From assembly GCF_003018255.1 (NCBI RefSeq), contig NZ_CP027440.1: a stretch of 64,000 bases of DNA, one strand, 5' to 3'. Under the pieces are notes generated by a model. It was not told the DNA's origin and searched no databases. It saw only the letters and a program-made list of their open reading frames with translations. Shown here piece by piece: positions 1 through 12,225 of this stretch (position 1 is its first letter; each line of letters starts with the position of its first letter). Source of the stretch: Escherichia coli. Lineage in GTDB: Bacteria; Pseudomonadota; Gammaproteobacteria; Enterobacterales; Enterobacteriaceae. The position numbers and the translations under genes are program-made.

Positions 1-1
1 C

Positions 2-91
2 GGGCAGATTGGCGCAGGCACCGTGCGGGCACCGCTGGCGTGCTTTGAGCAGGCGCTGGAAGCACTGGCTGAAAGCATGGGGATTGGTTGA
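2..91 (+). CDS. ylbE: 3' end of upstream gene running off the window edge (position of ylbE, DUF1116-family protein)
   Basis: Open frame 2 from window start to TGA at 89-91, immediately upstream of ylbF in the conserved ylbE-ylbF-ybcF order; product not independently recognised. Confidence 0.35.
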   Translation, partial: GQIGAGTVRAPLACFEQALEALAESMGIG

Positions 92-101
92 GGAACGCAC
101 A

Positions 102-917
102 ATGACGATCATCCATCCTCTGCTTGCCAGTAGTAGCGCACCGAATTATCGCCAGTCCTGGCGGTTAGCGGGAGTGTGGCGGCGGGCGATTAACCTGATG
201 ACGGAAAGCGGCGAACTGTTAACGCTGCATCGTCAGGGTAGTGGTTTCGGCCCCGGAGGATGGGTGCTTCGCCGCGCGCAATTCGATGCGTTATGCGGTG
301 GATTATGCGGCAATGAACGACCACAGGTTATGGCTCAAGGGATTCGCCTCGGACGTTTCACGGTTAAACAGCCACAGCGTTATTGTTTGCTGCGTATTAC
401 GCCGCCTGCGCATCCTCAACCGCTTGCAGCTGCATGGATGCAACGCGCGGAGGAAACCGGGCTTTTCGGGCCACTGGCGTTGGCGGCAGGCGATCCGCTT
501 CCTGCTGAATTACGCCAGTTTCGTCACTGTTTTCAGGCCGCGCTCAATGGCGTTAAGACCGACTGGCGGCACTGGCTGGGTAAAGGCCCAGGATTAACGC
601 CAAGTCATGATGACACGCTGAGCGGAATGCTGCTGGCGGCCTGGTATTATGGCGCTTTAGATGCGCGCTCCGGTCGCCCGTTTTTTGCCTGTTCCGACAA
701 TCTTCAACTCGTTACCACAGCGGTGAGCGTCAGTTATTTACGTTATGCCGCGCAAGGATACTTCGCCTCGCCACTCCTGCACTTTATTCATGCTCTGAGT
801 TGCCCGAAACGTACCGCTGTTGCGATTGATTCGCTGCTGGCGCTGGGGCATACGTCAGGGGCAGATACGCTGCTGGGGTTCTGGCTTGGCCAACAATTAT
901 TACAAGGAAAATCATGA
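102..917 (+). CDS. ylbF: YlbF (DUF2877-family protein of the allantoin/carbamate cluster)
   Basis: ORF 9..917 with internal ATG at 102 ([11 protein letters not shown]...); stop overlaps start of downstream carbamate kinase gene (ATGA at 914-917); synteny with K-12. Confidence 0.7.
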   Translation: MTIIHPLLASSSAPNYRQSWRLAGVWRRAINLMTESGELLTLHRQGSGFGPGGWVLRRAQFDALCGGLCGNERPQVMAQGIRLGRFTVKQPQRYCLLRITPPAHPQPLAAAWMQRAEETGLFGPLALAAGDPLPAELRQFRHCFQAALNGVKTDWRHWLGKGPGLTPSHDDTLSGMLLAAWYYGALDARSGRPFFACSDNLQLVTTAVSVSYLRYAAQGYFASPLLHFIHALSCPKRTAVAIDSLLALGHTSGADTLLGFWLGQQLLQGKS

Positions 918-1807
918 AAACACTGGTTGTGGCTCTTGGGGGCAACGCCTTACTCCAGCGCGGTGAGGCGCTGACGGCAGAAAATCAATATCGCAACATT
1001 GCCAGTGCTGTACCCGCACTGGCGCGCCTGGCCCGTTCTTATCGGCTGGCGATTGTTCACGGCAACGGGCCGCAGGTGGGGCTGCTGGCGTTACAGAATC
1101 TGGCGTGGAAAGAGGTAGAACCGTATCCGCTGGATGTGCTGGTGGCGGAAAGCCAGGGGATGATTGGCTATATGCTGGCGCAGAGCTTGAGCGCACAGCC
1201 GCAGATGCCGCCTGTCACGACAGTGCTGACGCGCATTGAAGTTTCGCCTGATGATCCGGCGTTTTTGCAGCCAGAGAAGTTTATCGGTCCGGTTTATCAG
1301 CCAGAAGAACAAGAGGCACTGGAAGCGGCTTATGGCTGGCAGATGAAACGTGATGGTAAATATTTACGCCGGGTGGTGGCGTCTCCGCAACCGCGTAAAA
1401 TTCTCGACAGCGAAGCCATCGAGTTGTTGCTCAAAGAGGGGCATGTGGTGATTTGCAGTGGCGGCGGCGGTGTGCCTGTGACGAAAGACGGGGCAGGGAG
1501 TGAAGCGGTAATTGATAAAGATCTCGCCGCTGCGTTGCTCGCCGAGCAGATTAATGCCGATGGACTGGTGATCCTCACCGATGCTGATGCGGTATATGAA
1601 AACTGGGGAACGCCGCAGCAACGTGCCATTCGCCATGCCACACCGGATGAGTTAGCGCCATTTGCCAAAGCCGATGGTTCGATGGGGCCGAAGGTGACTG
1701 CGGTGAGTGGCTATGTCAGAAGCCGTGGCAAACCCGCGTGGATTGGGGCGTTATCGCGGATTGAAGAGACGCTGGCGGGCGAAGCGGGGACTTGTATTTC
1801 GCTGTAG
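914..1807 (+). CDS. ybcF: carbamate kinase-like protein (ArcC family)
   Basis: 297-aa [17 protein letters not shown]..., amino-acid kinase fold motifs, expected length and position after ylbF. Confidence 0.85.
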   Translation: MKTLVVALGGNALLQRGEALTAENQYRNIASAVPALARLARSYRLAIVHGNGPQVGLLALQNLAWKEVEPYPLDVLVAESQGMIGYMLAQSLSAQPQMPPVTTVLTRIEVSPDDPAFLQPEKFIGPVYQPEEQEALEAAYGWQMKRDGKYLRRVVASPQPRKILDSEAIELLLKEGHVVICSGGGGVPVTKDGAGSEAVIDKDLAAALLAEQINADGLVILTDADAVYENWGTPQQRAIRHATPDELAPFAKADGSMGPKVTAVSGYVRSRGKPAWIGALSRIEETLAGEAGTCISL

Positions 1808-1820
1808 TGATGGGCACCAG

Positions 1821-2324
<504 letters not shown>

Positions 2325-2339
2325 GAAAATGAGCATCAA

Positions 2340-3407
2340 TTAACTGAACTTGCTCTGCGCCCACATCACGCCGCTGGCATACTCTGGCGGCAGCAGCGGG
2401 ATTAAGGCTTCCAGCGTCGCGGTCAGACGCGATGTGTCGCTGTCGGTCAAATTCAGATGCCCCACTTTACGCCCCGGACGGACTTCTTTGTCGTACCAGT
2501 GCAGATGCACCAGCGGCAGTTTCAGCCAGTCATAATTCACATCGCTACCAATCAGGTTGATCATCACCGACGGACTATTCACTACCGGTTGCGGTAACGG
2601 CAGATCGGTAATCGCCCGCAGATGCAGCTCAAACTGGCTGATGCTGGCACCGTTTTGTGTCCAGTGACCGCTGTTATGCACACGCGGAGCCAGTTCGTTG
2701 ATCAGCAGACCTTGCGGGGTGACAAAACACTCCATTGCCATCACGCCTACATAGCCCAGCTCCTGCATAATCGCCGACAGCATCTCTTCGGCTTGCGCTT
2801 GCTGCTGCGCATTGGCCTGCGGGAAAGCGACGCTGGTGCGCAAAATACCGTCCTGATGCAGGTTATGCGTCAGCGGATAAAACACGGTGCTGCCATCAAA
2901 ACCGCGCGCGCCAACCAGCGACACTTCACCAGAGAAGTTAATGCCCTGCTCGACAATACATTCGCCGTAACACTCTGCCGGTAACTGTTCGGTTTCATTT
3001 GCGCGTAAACGCCATTGACCGCGACCGTCATAGCCACCAGTGCGACGCTTAACAATCGCCAGTTCACCTAAACGATCAAACACCGCAGGCCACTCGCTGC
3101 GATCGGCAAGTAACTGCCACGGCGCGGTCGGCAGGTGGAGCTTATCGAAAAGCTGCTTCTGAGTCAGACGGTCGGCAATAATCGGGAACACATCGCGGTT
3201 CACAAAGGCCGGATGGCGCGCCAGCTCGCGGGTTAATGCGGTTTCCGGCCAGCGTTCGATCTCAGCGGTAATCACACTTTGTTGAACAGGCACCGCCGCC
3301 GGTTCAGCGTCCAGCCCGACCGGCCAGACAGCAATGCCTAACGGTTCGCCTGCCTGACGCAGCATACGGCCTAACTGCCCGTTACCGAGGACGCAAACCT
3401 GTTTCAT
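2340..3407 (-). CDS. purK: N5-carboxyaminoimidazole ribonucleotide synthase
   Basis: 355-aa [19 protein letters not shown]... (ATP-grasp), overlaps purE stop; purEK operon arrangement. Confidence 0.95.
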   Translation of the reverse strand: MKQVCVLGNGQLGRMLRQAGEPLGIAVWPVGLDAEPAAVPVQQSVITAEIERWPETALTRELARHPAFVNRDVFPIIADRLTQKQLFDKLHLPTAPWQLLADRSEWPAVFDRLGELAIVKRRTGGYDGRGQWRLRANETEQLPAECYGECIVEQGINFSGEVSLVGARGFDGSTVFYPLTHNLHQDGILRTSVAFPQANAQQQAQAEEMLSAIMQELGYVGVMAMECFVTPQGLLINELAPRVHNSGHWTQNGASISQFELHLRAITDLPLPQPVVNSPSVMINLIGSDVNYDWLKLPLVHLHWYDKEVRPGRKVGHLNLTDSDTSRLTATLEALIPLLPPEYASGVMWAQSKFS

Positions 3408-3913
3408 GCCGCACCTCGCGGGTCCGGGTTTTCCAGCACTTCGTCGGTCTGGGCTTTGCGCCAGTCATTCAGACGCTGGTGCAGTTCTTTATCATGAGTC
3501 GCAAGAATTTGTGCTGCCAGTAACGCCGCGTTTGCCGCGCCAGCTTTACCAATCGCCAGCGTACCCACCGGAATGCCGCGCGGCATTTGTACGATGGAGT
3601 AGAGGCTATCGACACCGCTCAGTGCGGCGCTCTGTACTGGCACGCCCAGCACTGGCACCAGCGTTTTGGCGGCAATCATGCCTGGCAGGTGCGCTGCGCC
3701 GCCTGCGCCCGCAATAATCACCTGATAACCGTTCTCTTCGGCACTTTCGGCGAAGCTGAACAGTTTATCGGGGGTGCGGTGAGCAGAAACCACTTCAACG
3801 TGGTGTGGGACATTCAGGATTTCGAAGATTTCGGCGGCGAACTGCATGGTAGCCCAGTCGCTTTTGGACCCCATCACGATGGCGACACGCGCCGGATTAT
3901 TGCGGGAAGACAT
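3404..3913 (-). CDS. purE: N5-carboxyaminoimidazole ribonucleotide mutase
   Basis: ORF 3404..3940; start placed at internal ATG ([20 protein letters not shown]...) giving 169 aa. Confidence 0.93.
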   Translation of the reverse strand: MSSRNNPARVAIVMGSKSDWATMQFAAEIFEILNVPHHVEVVSAHRTPDKLFSFAESAEENGYQVIIAGAGGAAHLPGMIAAKTLVPVLGVPVQSAALSGVDSLYSIVQMPRGIPVGTLAIGKAGAANAALLAAQILATHDKELHQRLNDWRKAQTDEVLENPDPRGAA

Positions 3914-3974
3914 GCGTCTTAAAACTCCTGTGGTGCACAACTCTCGGCTTTAGAGGGCACAGAGAATAGCACGG

Positions 3975-3991
3975 AAAGAGAGCAAGGAAAA
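3975..3991 (-). promoter_or_regulatory. candidate PurR operator (pur box) upstream of purEK
   Basis: Minus-strand reading cgcgcaaccgttttcct is a near match to pur-box consensus aCGCAAACGTTTTCtT; lies in purE 5' region. Confidence 0.5.
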
Positions 3992-4030
3992 CGGTTGCGC
4001 GGTTATGAAATCAGCAAAGTTGCGCGTTTT

Positions 4031-4753
4031 TTAAAATGGAAAATGGATCAACTCAACGTCATCCGCCGTGACTTTCACCATCGAACCTTCAGTATGCCAG
4101 GCACCCAGCACGACGCGGAAAGCAGGTTGCTGATTGGCGATAAGTTCATGTACTGCCGGGCGATGGGTATGCCCGTGAATCAGCCATTGCACCTGATGTT
4201 TTTCCATCGCACTGACCACCGCGTTTTGGTTAACGTCCATGATCGCCAGCGATTTACTGCTGTTGGCTTCTTTGCTGTTCGCGCGCATTCGCGCGGCAAT
4301 GCGTTTGCGCACAAACAACGGCAGGGCGAGGAATAGCGTTTGCAGCCAGGGTTTGTGGACTTTGGCGCGAAAAGCCTGATAACCGGCGTCATCGGTGCAC
4401 AGCGTGTCGCCATGCATAATCAACACCCGGCGACCATAAAGTTCGAGCACCTTTTCTTCCGGCAATAACGTCATGCCGCTTTCACGGGCAAAGCGTTTGC
4501 CGAGCAGAAAATCACGGTTGCCATGAATGAAATAACAGGGAACGCCGGAATCGGACACCGCTTTGATCGCTGCCGCCATCTGGCGATGGAGTGGGTTGGG
4601 ATCGTCGTCGCCAATCCATGCTTCAAACAGATCGCCAAGAATATACAGCGCGTCGGCCTTGCGGGCTTCCCCCGCTAAAAAACGCAGAAAACCGGCGGTG
4701 ATCGCCGGTTCTTCCGCGCAGAGATGAAGATCTGCAATAAAGAGTGTCGCCAC
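4031..4753 (-). CDS. lpxH: UDP-2,3-diacylglucosamine hydrolase
   Basis: 240-aa [19 protein letters not shown]..., calcineurin-like metallophosphoesterase motifs (DLH, GNRD, GHTH). Confidence 0.95.
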   Translation of the reverse strand: MATLFIADLHLCAEEPAITAGFLRFLAGEARKADALYILGDLFEAWIGDDDPNPLHRQMAAAIKAVSDSGVPCYFIHGNRDFLLGKRFARESGMTLLPEEKVLELYGRRVLIMHGDTLCTDDAGYQAFRAKVHKPWLQTLFLALPLFVRKRIAARMRANSKEANSSKSLAIMDVNQNAVVSAMEKHQVQWLIHGHTHRPAVHELIANQQPAFRVVLGAWHTEGSMVKVTADDVELIHFPF

Positions 4754-4755
4754 GA

Positions 4756-5250
4756 TTACTCGCTAACGGTCACGCTTTCAATGATAACGTCTTCTTTTGG
4801 CACGTCCTGGTGCATACCGCTACGACCGGTTGCAACACCTTTGATTTTGTCTACCACGTCCATGCCTTCAACCACTTCAGCAAACACGCAGTAACCCCAA
4901 CCTTGCAGGCTTTCGCCAGAGAAGTTCAGGAAGTCGTTATCAACCACGTTGATGAAGAACTGTGCAGTTGCAGAGTGCGGTGCCTGAGTACGGGCCATTG
5001 CCAGTGTACCACGGGTATTTTTCAGACCGTTGTTAGCTTCGTTTTTGATCGGGTCTTTGGTGGTTTTTTGCTTCATGCCCGGCTCAAAACCGCCGCCCTG
5101 AATCATAAAGCCGTTGATTACACGGTGGAAAATGGTGTTGTTGTAAAAACCTTCGCGGCAGTAGTCCAGGAAGTTTTTAACTGTTTCAGGTGCTTTATCG
5201 TCAAAAGTTTTGATGACAATATCGCCGTGATTGGTGTGGAAAGTAACCAT
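4756..5250 (-). CDS. ppiB: peptidyl-prolyl cis-trans isomerase B (cyclophilin)
   Basis: 164-aa [30 protein letters not shown]... Confidence 0.95.
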   Translation of the reverse strand: MVTFHTNHGDIVIKTFDDKAPETVKNFLDYCREGFYNNTIFHRVINGFMIQGGGFEPGMKQKTTKDPIKNEANNGLKNTRGTLAMARTQAPHSATAQFFINVVDNDFLNFSGESLQGWGYCVFAEVVEGMDVVDKIKGVATGRSGMHQDVPKEDVIIESVTVSE

Positions 5251-5423
5251 TTTTGCATCCTGTTCCGTTTGATTGGTGCTTCAACCCGGTTCGGGTCATA
5301 TATAGGGTGGTGTTATAGCATAACCGCACGATCGGATCATCACGCAATGTATGCTGATTCGCGCGGGAAATATGGGTATTATACGCAACTCAATTACCCA
5401 CACATGTCTAAACGGAATCTTCG

Positions 5424-6809
5424 ATGCTAAAAATCTTCAATACTCTGACACGCCAAAAAGAGGAATTTAAGCCTATTCACGCCGGGGAAGTCGGCATGTA
5501 CGTGTGTGGAATCACCGTTTACGATCTCTGTCATATCGGTCACGGGCGTACCTTTGTTGCTTTTGACGTGGTTGCGCGCTATCTGCGTTTCCTCGGCTAT
5601 AAGCTGAAGTATGTGCGCAACATTACCGATATCGACGACAAAATCATCAAACGCGCCAATGAAAATGGCGAAAGCTTTGTAGCGCTGGTGGATCGCATGA
5701 TCGCCGAAATGCACAAAGATTTTGATGCTTTGAATATTCTGCGCCCGGATATGGAGCCGCGCGCGACGCACCATATCGCAGAAATTATTGAACTCACTGA
5801 ACAACTGATCGCCAAAGGTCACGCGTATGTGGCGGACAACGGCGACGTGATGTTCGACGTACCGACCGATCCGACTTATGGCGTGCTGTCGCGTCAGGAT
5901 CTCGACCAGTTGCAGGCAGGCGCGCGCGTTGACGTAGTCGATGACAAACGCAACCCAATGGATTTCGTTCTGTGGAAGATGTCGAAAGAGGGCGAACCGA
6001 GCTGGCCGTCGCCGTGGGGCGCGGGCCGTCCAGGCTGGCACATTGAATGTTCGGCAATGAACTGCAAGCAGCTGGGTAACCACTTTGATATCCACGGCGG
6101 CGGTTCAGACCTGATGTTCCCGCACCACGAGAACGAAATCGCGCAGTCCACCTGTGCCCATGATGGTCAGTATGTGAACTACTGGATGCACTCGGGGATG
6201 GTGATGGTTGACCGCGAGAAGATGTCCAAATCGCTGGGTAACTTCTTTACCGTGCGCGATGTGCTGAAATACTACGACGCGGAAACCGTGCGTTACTTCC
6301 TGATGTCAGGCCACTATCGCAGCCAGCTGAACTACAGCGAAGAGAACCTGAAGCAGGCACGCGCGGCGCTGGAGCGTCTCTACACTGCGCTGCGTGGCAC
6401 AGATAAAACCGTTGCGCCTGCCGGTGGCGAAGCGTTTGAAGCGCGCTTTATTGAAGCGATGGACGACGATTTCAACACCCCGGAAGCCTATTCCGTGCTG
6501 TTTGATATGGCGCGTGAAGTGAACCGTCTGAAAGCAGAAGATATGGCAGCGGCGAATGCAATGGCATCTCACCTGCGTAAACTTTCCGCTGTATTGGGCC
6601 TGCTGGAGCAAGAACCGGAAGCGTTCCTGCAAAGCGGTGCGCAGGCAGACGACAGCGAAGTGGCTGAGATTGAAGCGTTAATTCAACAGCGTCTGGATGC
6701 CCGTAAAGCGAAAGACTGGGCGGCGGCAGATGCGGCGCGTGACCGTCTTAACGAGATGGGGATCGTGCTGGAAGATGGCCCGCAAGGGACCACCTGGCGT
6801 CGTAAGTAA
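5424..6809 (+). CDS. cysS: cysteinyl-tRNA synthetase
   Basis: 461-aa ORF with class I HIGH (CHIGHGRT) and KMSKS motifs. Confidence 0.97.
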
Positions 6810-6814
6810 TTGCG

Positions 6815-6845
6815 CTATTGCCGGATGCGAGTTTTCGCATCCGGT
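6815..6845. repeat. REP-like palindrome between convergent cysS and ybcI (probable bidirectional terminator hairpin)
   Basis: gccggatgcgagttttcgcatccgg inverted repeat directly after cysS stop. Confidence 0.5.
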
Positions 6846-7366
6846 TATCGTCTGCGCCACCACAACATTCCCATCAGTAGCATCCCCGGCAACCACACCC
6901 ACATCAATTCAGAAATAATCACCTGATGCCCGTACGGCGTGGTGTAACGAGACAATGCAAACGGCGCGACTTTAATCACCTGCCAGGGAGCGAAAAAGCG
7001 TTCATCTGACCACGGCCACAGCCAGCCAACGCCTTTACCGCCAGTGGTTACCGAATCCAGCAAGCTGTGCGATAGCAACGAGACGGTTAAAAACAGCCAG
7101 CAGCGAATCAGCCCAGCCCTGAACCATCGACGTCCAATCAGCACACATAACAGCGGGACAACAAACGCAAACACCAGCGAATGGGTAAACCCGCGATGAC
7201 CAAAAACATTGCCGTAAGCAAAGCCAAATTTAAACGACAATACGTCGGCATCAGGCAGCATCGCCAGGACGATTCCGGCAAATAACAGGCGCGGAGGGAT
7301 GACTTTCGAACCCAACCCTAAACCAATGCAAAGGGGAACGGCGGCGTGCGTAATAACGGTTGGCAT
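6845..7366 (-). CDS. ybcI: inner-membrane metal-dependent hydrolase family protein
   Basis: 173-aa hydrophobic ORF in conserved position. Confidence 0.8.
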   Translation of the reverse strand: MPTVITHAAVPLCIGLGLGSKVIPPRLLFAGIVLAMLPDADVLSFKFGFAYGNVFGHRGFTHSLVFAFVVPLLCVLIGRRWFRAGLIRCWLFLTVSLLSHSLLDSVTTGGKGVGWLWPWSDERFFAPWQVIKVAPFALSRYTTPYGHQVIISELMWVWLPGMLLMGMLWWRRR

Positions 7367-7473
7367 GATGGTCGCTTCGGCAAAATGTCGATGCTATCAG
7401 CATGGATGAACGGGGCGTAGAGGGCAACAGTCTGAAAAGAGAACCGGCCTGTTGTTACAGGCCGGGAAAGGGA

Positions 7474-7686
7474 TCAGGCAACAACCTGTACGCTGTGACC
7501 TGCAAAACTCACTGTCTGCCCGGCGACGATTTTGCAGCGTTTGCGCGTTTCAACCGCACCGTCGACTTTCACCTGGCCTTCGGCAATCGCGATTTTCGCC
7601 TGCGCGCCGCTTTCGCTCCAGCCTTCCAGTTTCAGCAAGTCGCACAGCTCAACGTGCGGATGTTTACCTAAAGAAAATGTCGCCAT
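7474..7686 (-). CDS. ybcJ: S4-like RNA-binding protein
   Basis: ORF 7474..7740; start placed at internal ATG 7684-7686 (MATFSLGKHPHVELCDLLK...) giving 70 aa, abutting folD stop. Confidence 0.8.
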   Translation of the reverse strand: MATFSLGKHPHVELCDLLKLEGWSESGAQAKIAIAEGQVKVDGAVETRKRCKIVAGQTVSFAGHSVQVVA

Positions 7687-7687
7687 G

Positions 7688-8554
7688 TTACTCACCCTGT
7701 GGATCATGATATTCAACGCACGCCTGTAGCGTGTTTTCAATCAGCGTGGCAACCGTCATCGGGCCAACGCCGCCCGGAACAGGCGTAATGTATGAGGCGC
7801 GTTTAGCCGCGTCTTCAAACACGACGTCGCCCACAACTTTGCCATTTTCCAGACGGTTGATGCCGACATCAATCACAATTGCGCCTTCTTTGATCCAGTC
7901 ACCAGGAATAAAGCCCGGCTTGCCGACGGCAACGATCAGTAGATCGGCATTTTCTACGTGGTGACGCAGATTTTTAGTGAAACGGTGAGTCACGGTGGTG
8001 GTGCAACCTGCCAGTAGCAGTTCCATGCTCATCGGGCGGCCAACGATATTCGATGCGCCAATCACCACGGCGTTGAGGCCGAAGGTATCAATGTTGTAAC
8101 GCTCAAGCAGCGTGACAATACCGCGCGGGGTGCAGGGACGCAGACGCGGCGCGCGCTGGCACAGGCGACCGACGTTATAAGGATGGAAACCGTCCACGTC
8201 TTTGTCCGGGTGTATACGTTCCAGCACTTTGACGTTATCAATACCCGCCGGTAACGGCAGTTGAACCAGAATGCCATCGATGGTGTTGTCGGCATTCAGC
8301 GCATCGATAAGCTCCAGCAGCTCCGCTTCGCTGGTGGTTTCCGGGAGGTCATAAGAGCGGGAGACGAACCCGACTTCTTCACAAGCCTTGCGTTTGCTTG
8401 CGACATAAATTTGCGATGCAGGGTTACTACCCACCAGCACAACGGCCAGTCCTGGTGCCCGCAGTCCGGCTGCAATACGCGCCTGAACTTTTTGAGCAAC
8501 TTCAGAGCGCACCTGCTGCGCAATCGTTTTACCGTCAATAATCTTTGCTGCCAT
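7688..8554 (-). CDS. folD: bifunctional 5,10-methylene-tetrahydrofolate dehydrogenase/cyclohydrolase
   Basis: 288-aa [26 protein letters not shown]... Confidence 0.97.
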
Positions 8555-8765
8555 CAGAGAGAGGATTCCATCTGTTACGTAGGTCGAAGGGGATGCGTCT
8601 ATTTTGTCAGAAGCGTGGCGCGCTGTCAGTTTTCGTTTTCTGAAAAGTAAAACCTTCTGTACCTGGCTGATTCACACCTATCATGATAACCGTCGTTGGT
8701 TTGCCGCCATAGTGAGCTACATCTGATGCGGTCGTACACTTGTTCAGCAACTGGTTCAAAAGCCA

Positions 8766-8793
8766 TTGACTCAGCAAGGGTTGACCGTATAAT
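8766..8793 (+). promoter_or_regulatory. candidate sigma70 promoter for argU
   Basis: TTGACT (8766-8771), 16-bp spacer, TATAAT (8788-8793), about 30 bp upstream of the tRNA 5' end. Confidence 0.5.
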
Positions 8794-8824
8794 TCACGCG
8801 ATTACAGCACACCGTGGTATCAAT

Positions 8825-8901
8825 GCGCCCTTAGCTCAGTTGGATAGAGCAACGACCTTCTAAGTCGTGGGCCGCAGGTTCGAATCCTGCAGGGCGCGCC
8901 A
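8825..8901 (+). tRNA. argU: tRNA-Arg (anticodon UCU)
   Basis: 77-nt sequence gcgcccttagctcagttggatagagcaacgaccttctaagtcgtgggccgcaggttcgaatcctgcagggcgcgcca with CCA end; anticodon loop cuUCUaa. Confidence 0.95.
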
Positions 8902-8908
8902 TTAAAAT

Positions 8909-9536
8909 TCAATCAGTTACGCCTTCTTTATTTCTTCTATAATTCCAGAGTGGGACATTATCACCAAAAATGTCGTCTATTTTCCTCGCGTGCTCAGTCA
9001 AATGATTAGGCGCAAGGTGAGCATATCTACGAACCATTTCTCTGGACTCCCATCCGCCCATTTCCTGAAGCACTGATAATGGGACGCCTGACGGAATCAA
9101 CCAGCTTGCCCAGGTATGCCAGAGGTCATGGAAACGGAAATTTTCAATTCCTGCACGACGACAAGCTGATAGCCATGCTGTCTTGCTGTCAATGCGCATC
9201 TTCCTGAGCGCAGGCATTGATGTTCCATCTGCTCGCTTAGCCGCCCTGGTATGTACACCCACATTTGTGATGCTTGCCTGTTTGATCACGCAACACTTTA
9301 GAGGCGGTATCGTTCAGCGCCACACCAATGGCGCAGTTTGATTTGCTATCTTCTGGATTCACCCTGGCAACTTGTCGCTGCATGTCAATCTGTTGCCACT
9401 CCAGATTTATGATGTTCGACTTTCTCAGAACAGTTACCAGCGCAAATTTGACGACAGATTTCAGTGGTTCGGGGCTCTCATCAATCAGGCGTTTGGCCTG
9501 ATTCTTTTGTAAGTCTCTTGTGCCATTCCACCTCAT
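8909..9536 (-). pseudogene. tyrosine recombinase/integrase pseudogene (frameshifted, N-terminally truncated)
   Basis: Two overlapping minus-strand ORFs in different frames (8909..9289 with catalytic-region HDLWHTWAS and RRYAHL; 9237..9536) totalling about 210 aa; no N-terminal domain upstream. Confidence 0.8.
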
Positions 9537-9948
9537 ACAGGTTTGCCTGCAAACAGTACTGATATTGCCCAGATATTCCGGCTGGCTTCGTGGTTGTTTT
9601 CAACAGTGATGAGGCATCGTGGCATCTCGTTGAAGACCATCGGGGTAAAACGGTTTATGACGTGGCATCAGGGGACGCATTATTTATTTCTGAACTCGGT
9701 CCGTTACCGGAAAATGTCACCAGGTATCCCCGGCAGGGGAGTTTCAGAAGTGGAACGGCATATCATGGATAAAGGATACGGAGGAAGAAACCTCGTTGCT
9801 GGAAGCCTGGAAGATGTATCGGGTGTTGCTGAACCGAGTTGATACATCAACTGCCCCTGATATTTAGTGGCCTGTGAACCCTGTCAGAGAGTAATCATTG
9901 GGATTATGCCGCAGAACGTCGTGCGCAAGAACGTGCTGCGGCTGGATG

Positions 9949-10617
9949 CTATTTTTTCCCTGAAGCGGAAAACATTACTACAGTACCTTTAACCTTGGTT
10001 TTAACATTCTCGAAATGCTCTGAGAGTATATGTGTTAAGCCTTCTTCGGAATCTTTTGTGTTTGAAAAGATGCCTTTCTGATTGTAAATGCGCATCAGTT
10101 TTTGACCGAAGCTATTGTGCACAACGCCGTCACCAAGAATTGTGGCTCCGTATAGAGTTCCATCGTCAGTTAAGGCCTGCGCCGCATTGCGTATTACACA
10201 GCTTTTTGTAGATATATTTCCAGGCAGGCAGTGAAGAAGGTAAAACATGGAAATGGAATCAAATTGACCATGTAACGCCGCGGGATAAGGATCAAAAACA
10301 TCATGGCTAATTTTATGTTTAATTTTTGATTCCCCAGCCCTTGTCGATGCCGCGTTCAGGCTAGCTTCGTTCAAATCCATTAAAGATATCAGACTACTCT
10401 CAGGTACGTGAGTAAGGTAAAACCCAGTTCCAACGCCAATATCCAGATGGTTGTTACCTAAATGTTCCAGAAAGTGTGGAAGAAGGTGTTCCTTTGTAGG
10501 ACATCCCCATGCAAGCCGATTTGATACACCCAAAACCCACCAGTCATAAAGCTTTAGGGTAAGTGGTGTGTAAATTTTAGCCCCATCATCTGTGTTTTTT
10601 TTCATTAGTTTCACCAT
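9949..10617 (-). CDS. class I SAM-dependent methyltransferase (prophage-associated, YbcY-like)
   Basis: 222-aa ORF with SAM-binding motif I LDIGVGTGFYL. Confidence 0.7.
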   Translation of the reverse strand: MVKLMKKNTDDGAKIYTPLTLKLYDWWVLGVSNRLAWGCPTKEHLLPHFLEHLGNNHLDIGVGTGFYLTHVPESSLISLMDLNEASLNAASTRAGESKIKHKISHDVFDPYPAALHGQFDSISMFYLLHCLPGNISTKSCVIRNAAQALTDDGTLYGATILGDGVVHNSFGQKLMRIYNQKGIFSNTKDSEEGLTHILSEHFENVKTKVKGTVVMFSASGKK

Positions 10618-10848
10618 GTTATAGTTTTATTTGTGAATTAAATCAATTATAGCGATGAATTACAAGGGGTTAAATGATGCCACGGCATAACGAATTTGAA
10701 TATATTGAGTCTTGTGTTGCGGTAAGAGGTTACACGCCAGGACGCAGGTTAAATGCTTACAAGATTAGGGGATATTGTTTGCTTTTAACGGTAAACAAAT
10801 TCCCCGGGGCTATACAATACCACCGGGGAGAAAATCTATTTAACGTTG

Positions 10849-11802
10849 TTAAAAGGTGTACTTAAGACCAGCAGTAGTGATGAAGTTATAGTTTTCTATG
10901 CCTGCACCATTTTTGCTGTAGTCAGAAGTGTTATCATTGTGATCATAAAGTGAAGTATCACCTTTTTTATTCGTAACCCGATTCCATGCGCCTTCAATAT
11001 AAACTTTTGCATTAGGCGTTACGTAATAACCTGCATTGACTGCAACAGAATAGTAATTTTGGTCTTTGACTTTACTGCGATAAGTGATTCTTTTTCCTGG
11101 GTCATAGTGTTCATCGTTATCAGATGCTTCCACCCAGCCGCTGTATTTAAATGTGCCACCTAGCTCAAAATCTTCATAACGATAACTTCCAGTCAAGCCA
11201 ATGTAGGGCATTTTAAAACGTTGTTTGTAGCCGATTGCTCTTTCTCCATTCGGGAAGGAGCCGATATCATCTCTGAATCCCTCCTCAGAACTGTAGATAT
11301 AGGAACCACCTCTGGCTGTAAAGCTATAACGGCTTTCCTGATATCCGGCCATGAGTCCCAGGCGGTAATTGGGTTCGTTGAGGAACCAGCCTTTGATATT
11401 CAGATCAAATTCGTTGGCATAATTGAGTTGTGTATCAGGGTGTCTACTTTCATCCGTCCAGGTTCCGGGGTTACTGGAATCCATCCAGTCCTGATCGACC
11501 ATATTGCCACCTCGGCTGCCGAGTGTTGTCCAGCCAGCAGCCCCGATAGATATCTGGGGCATCAAATCCCAATTAATTGCACCTTTAATAATTGCAGCGT
11601 TATTGAATTTCCAGTCAAGTTGACTGACTTTTCGGCCTCCTTCTTCGGCTAGATAAACACGCTCTTTTGTTTTTCCGCTCAGAGTTCCAAGACTAATGTC
11701 CGCATTTATGTTGTCAGGAGTAAACGATAAAGTCTCGGTAGAAGCAAAAGAGCTGATCGCAATAGGGGTTGTCAGGACTATTCCCAGAAGTTTCGCCCGC
11801 AT
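10849..11802 (-). CDS. ompT: outer-membrane protease VII (omptin)
   Basis: 317-aa ORF MRAKLLGIVLTTPIAISSFAST..., beta-barrel ending ...TAGLKYTF. Confidence 0.95.
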   Translation of the reverse strand: MRAKLLGIVLTTPIAISSFASTETLSFTPDNINADISLGTLSGKTKERVYLAEEGGRKVSQLDWKFNNAAIIKGAINWDLMPQISIGAAGWTTLGSRGGNMVDQDWMDSSNPGTWTDESRHPDTQLNYANEFDLNIKGWFLNEPNYRLGLMAGYQESRYSFTARGGSYIYSSEEGFRDDIGSFPNGERAIGYKQRFKMPYIGLTGSYRYEDFELGGTFKYSGWVEASDNDEHYDPGKRITYRSKVKDQNYYSVAVNAGYYVTPNAKVYIEGAWNRVTNKKGDTSLYDHNDNTSDYSKNGAGIENYNFITTAGLKYTF

Positions 11803-12225
11803 AAAAGGTCTCCATTCAATCGTTTTAATGATTGAGTATGTATTTTTTATATCTAACTTAATGAGTCAATTGTATATTGCCCCACTGTTTATATTTTGTT
11901 TAACATTGAATTTTTGTCACAATGCACTGTCAGTTTTTTAGTTTAATTGTCTGTTTGTGTTTTGCATTGTGGTTTTATGGGCTAATTATTTTTTTCTTTG
12001 TGGAGTTTTTATCTATTCAAGTACCATGCCTTTAGATGCATATTAGCGATAATAGCATGAGGTTTATCCTCAATTGCTGTGTTTTTTAGTATAAAAAAGA
12101 GGAACAAAACTGAGACACATAAGGCCTCGCAATGGCTTGCAAGGTTTTACATATTTTGAGGTGGTGGAACGTGTGAACGCAGAGATGGCGCGGTAATTTG
12201 TTGATTTAAAATGTCGTTCCTGGAG

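Noticed and set aside
5427-6095. 222-aa minus-strand ORF inside cysS
   Set aside because: Antisense to a highly conserved essential gene; no independent support.
9543-9842. 99-aa and 60-aa plus-strand ORFs next to the integrase fragments
   Set aside because: No recognisable domain or start context; lie in decayed prophage DNA.
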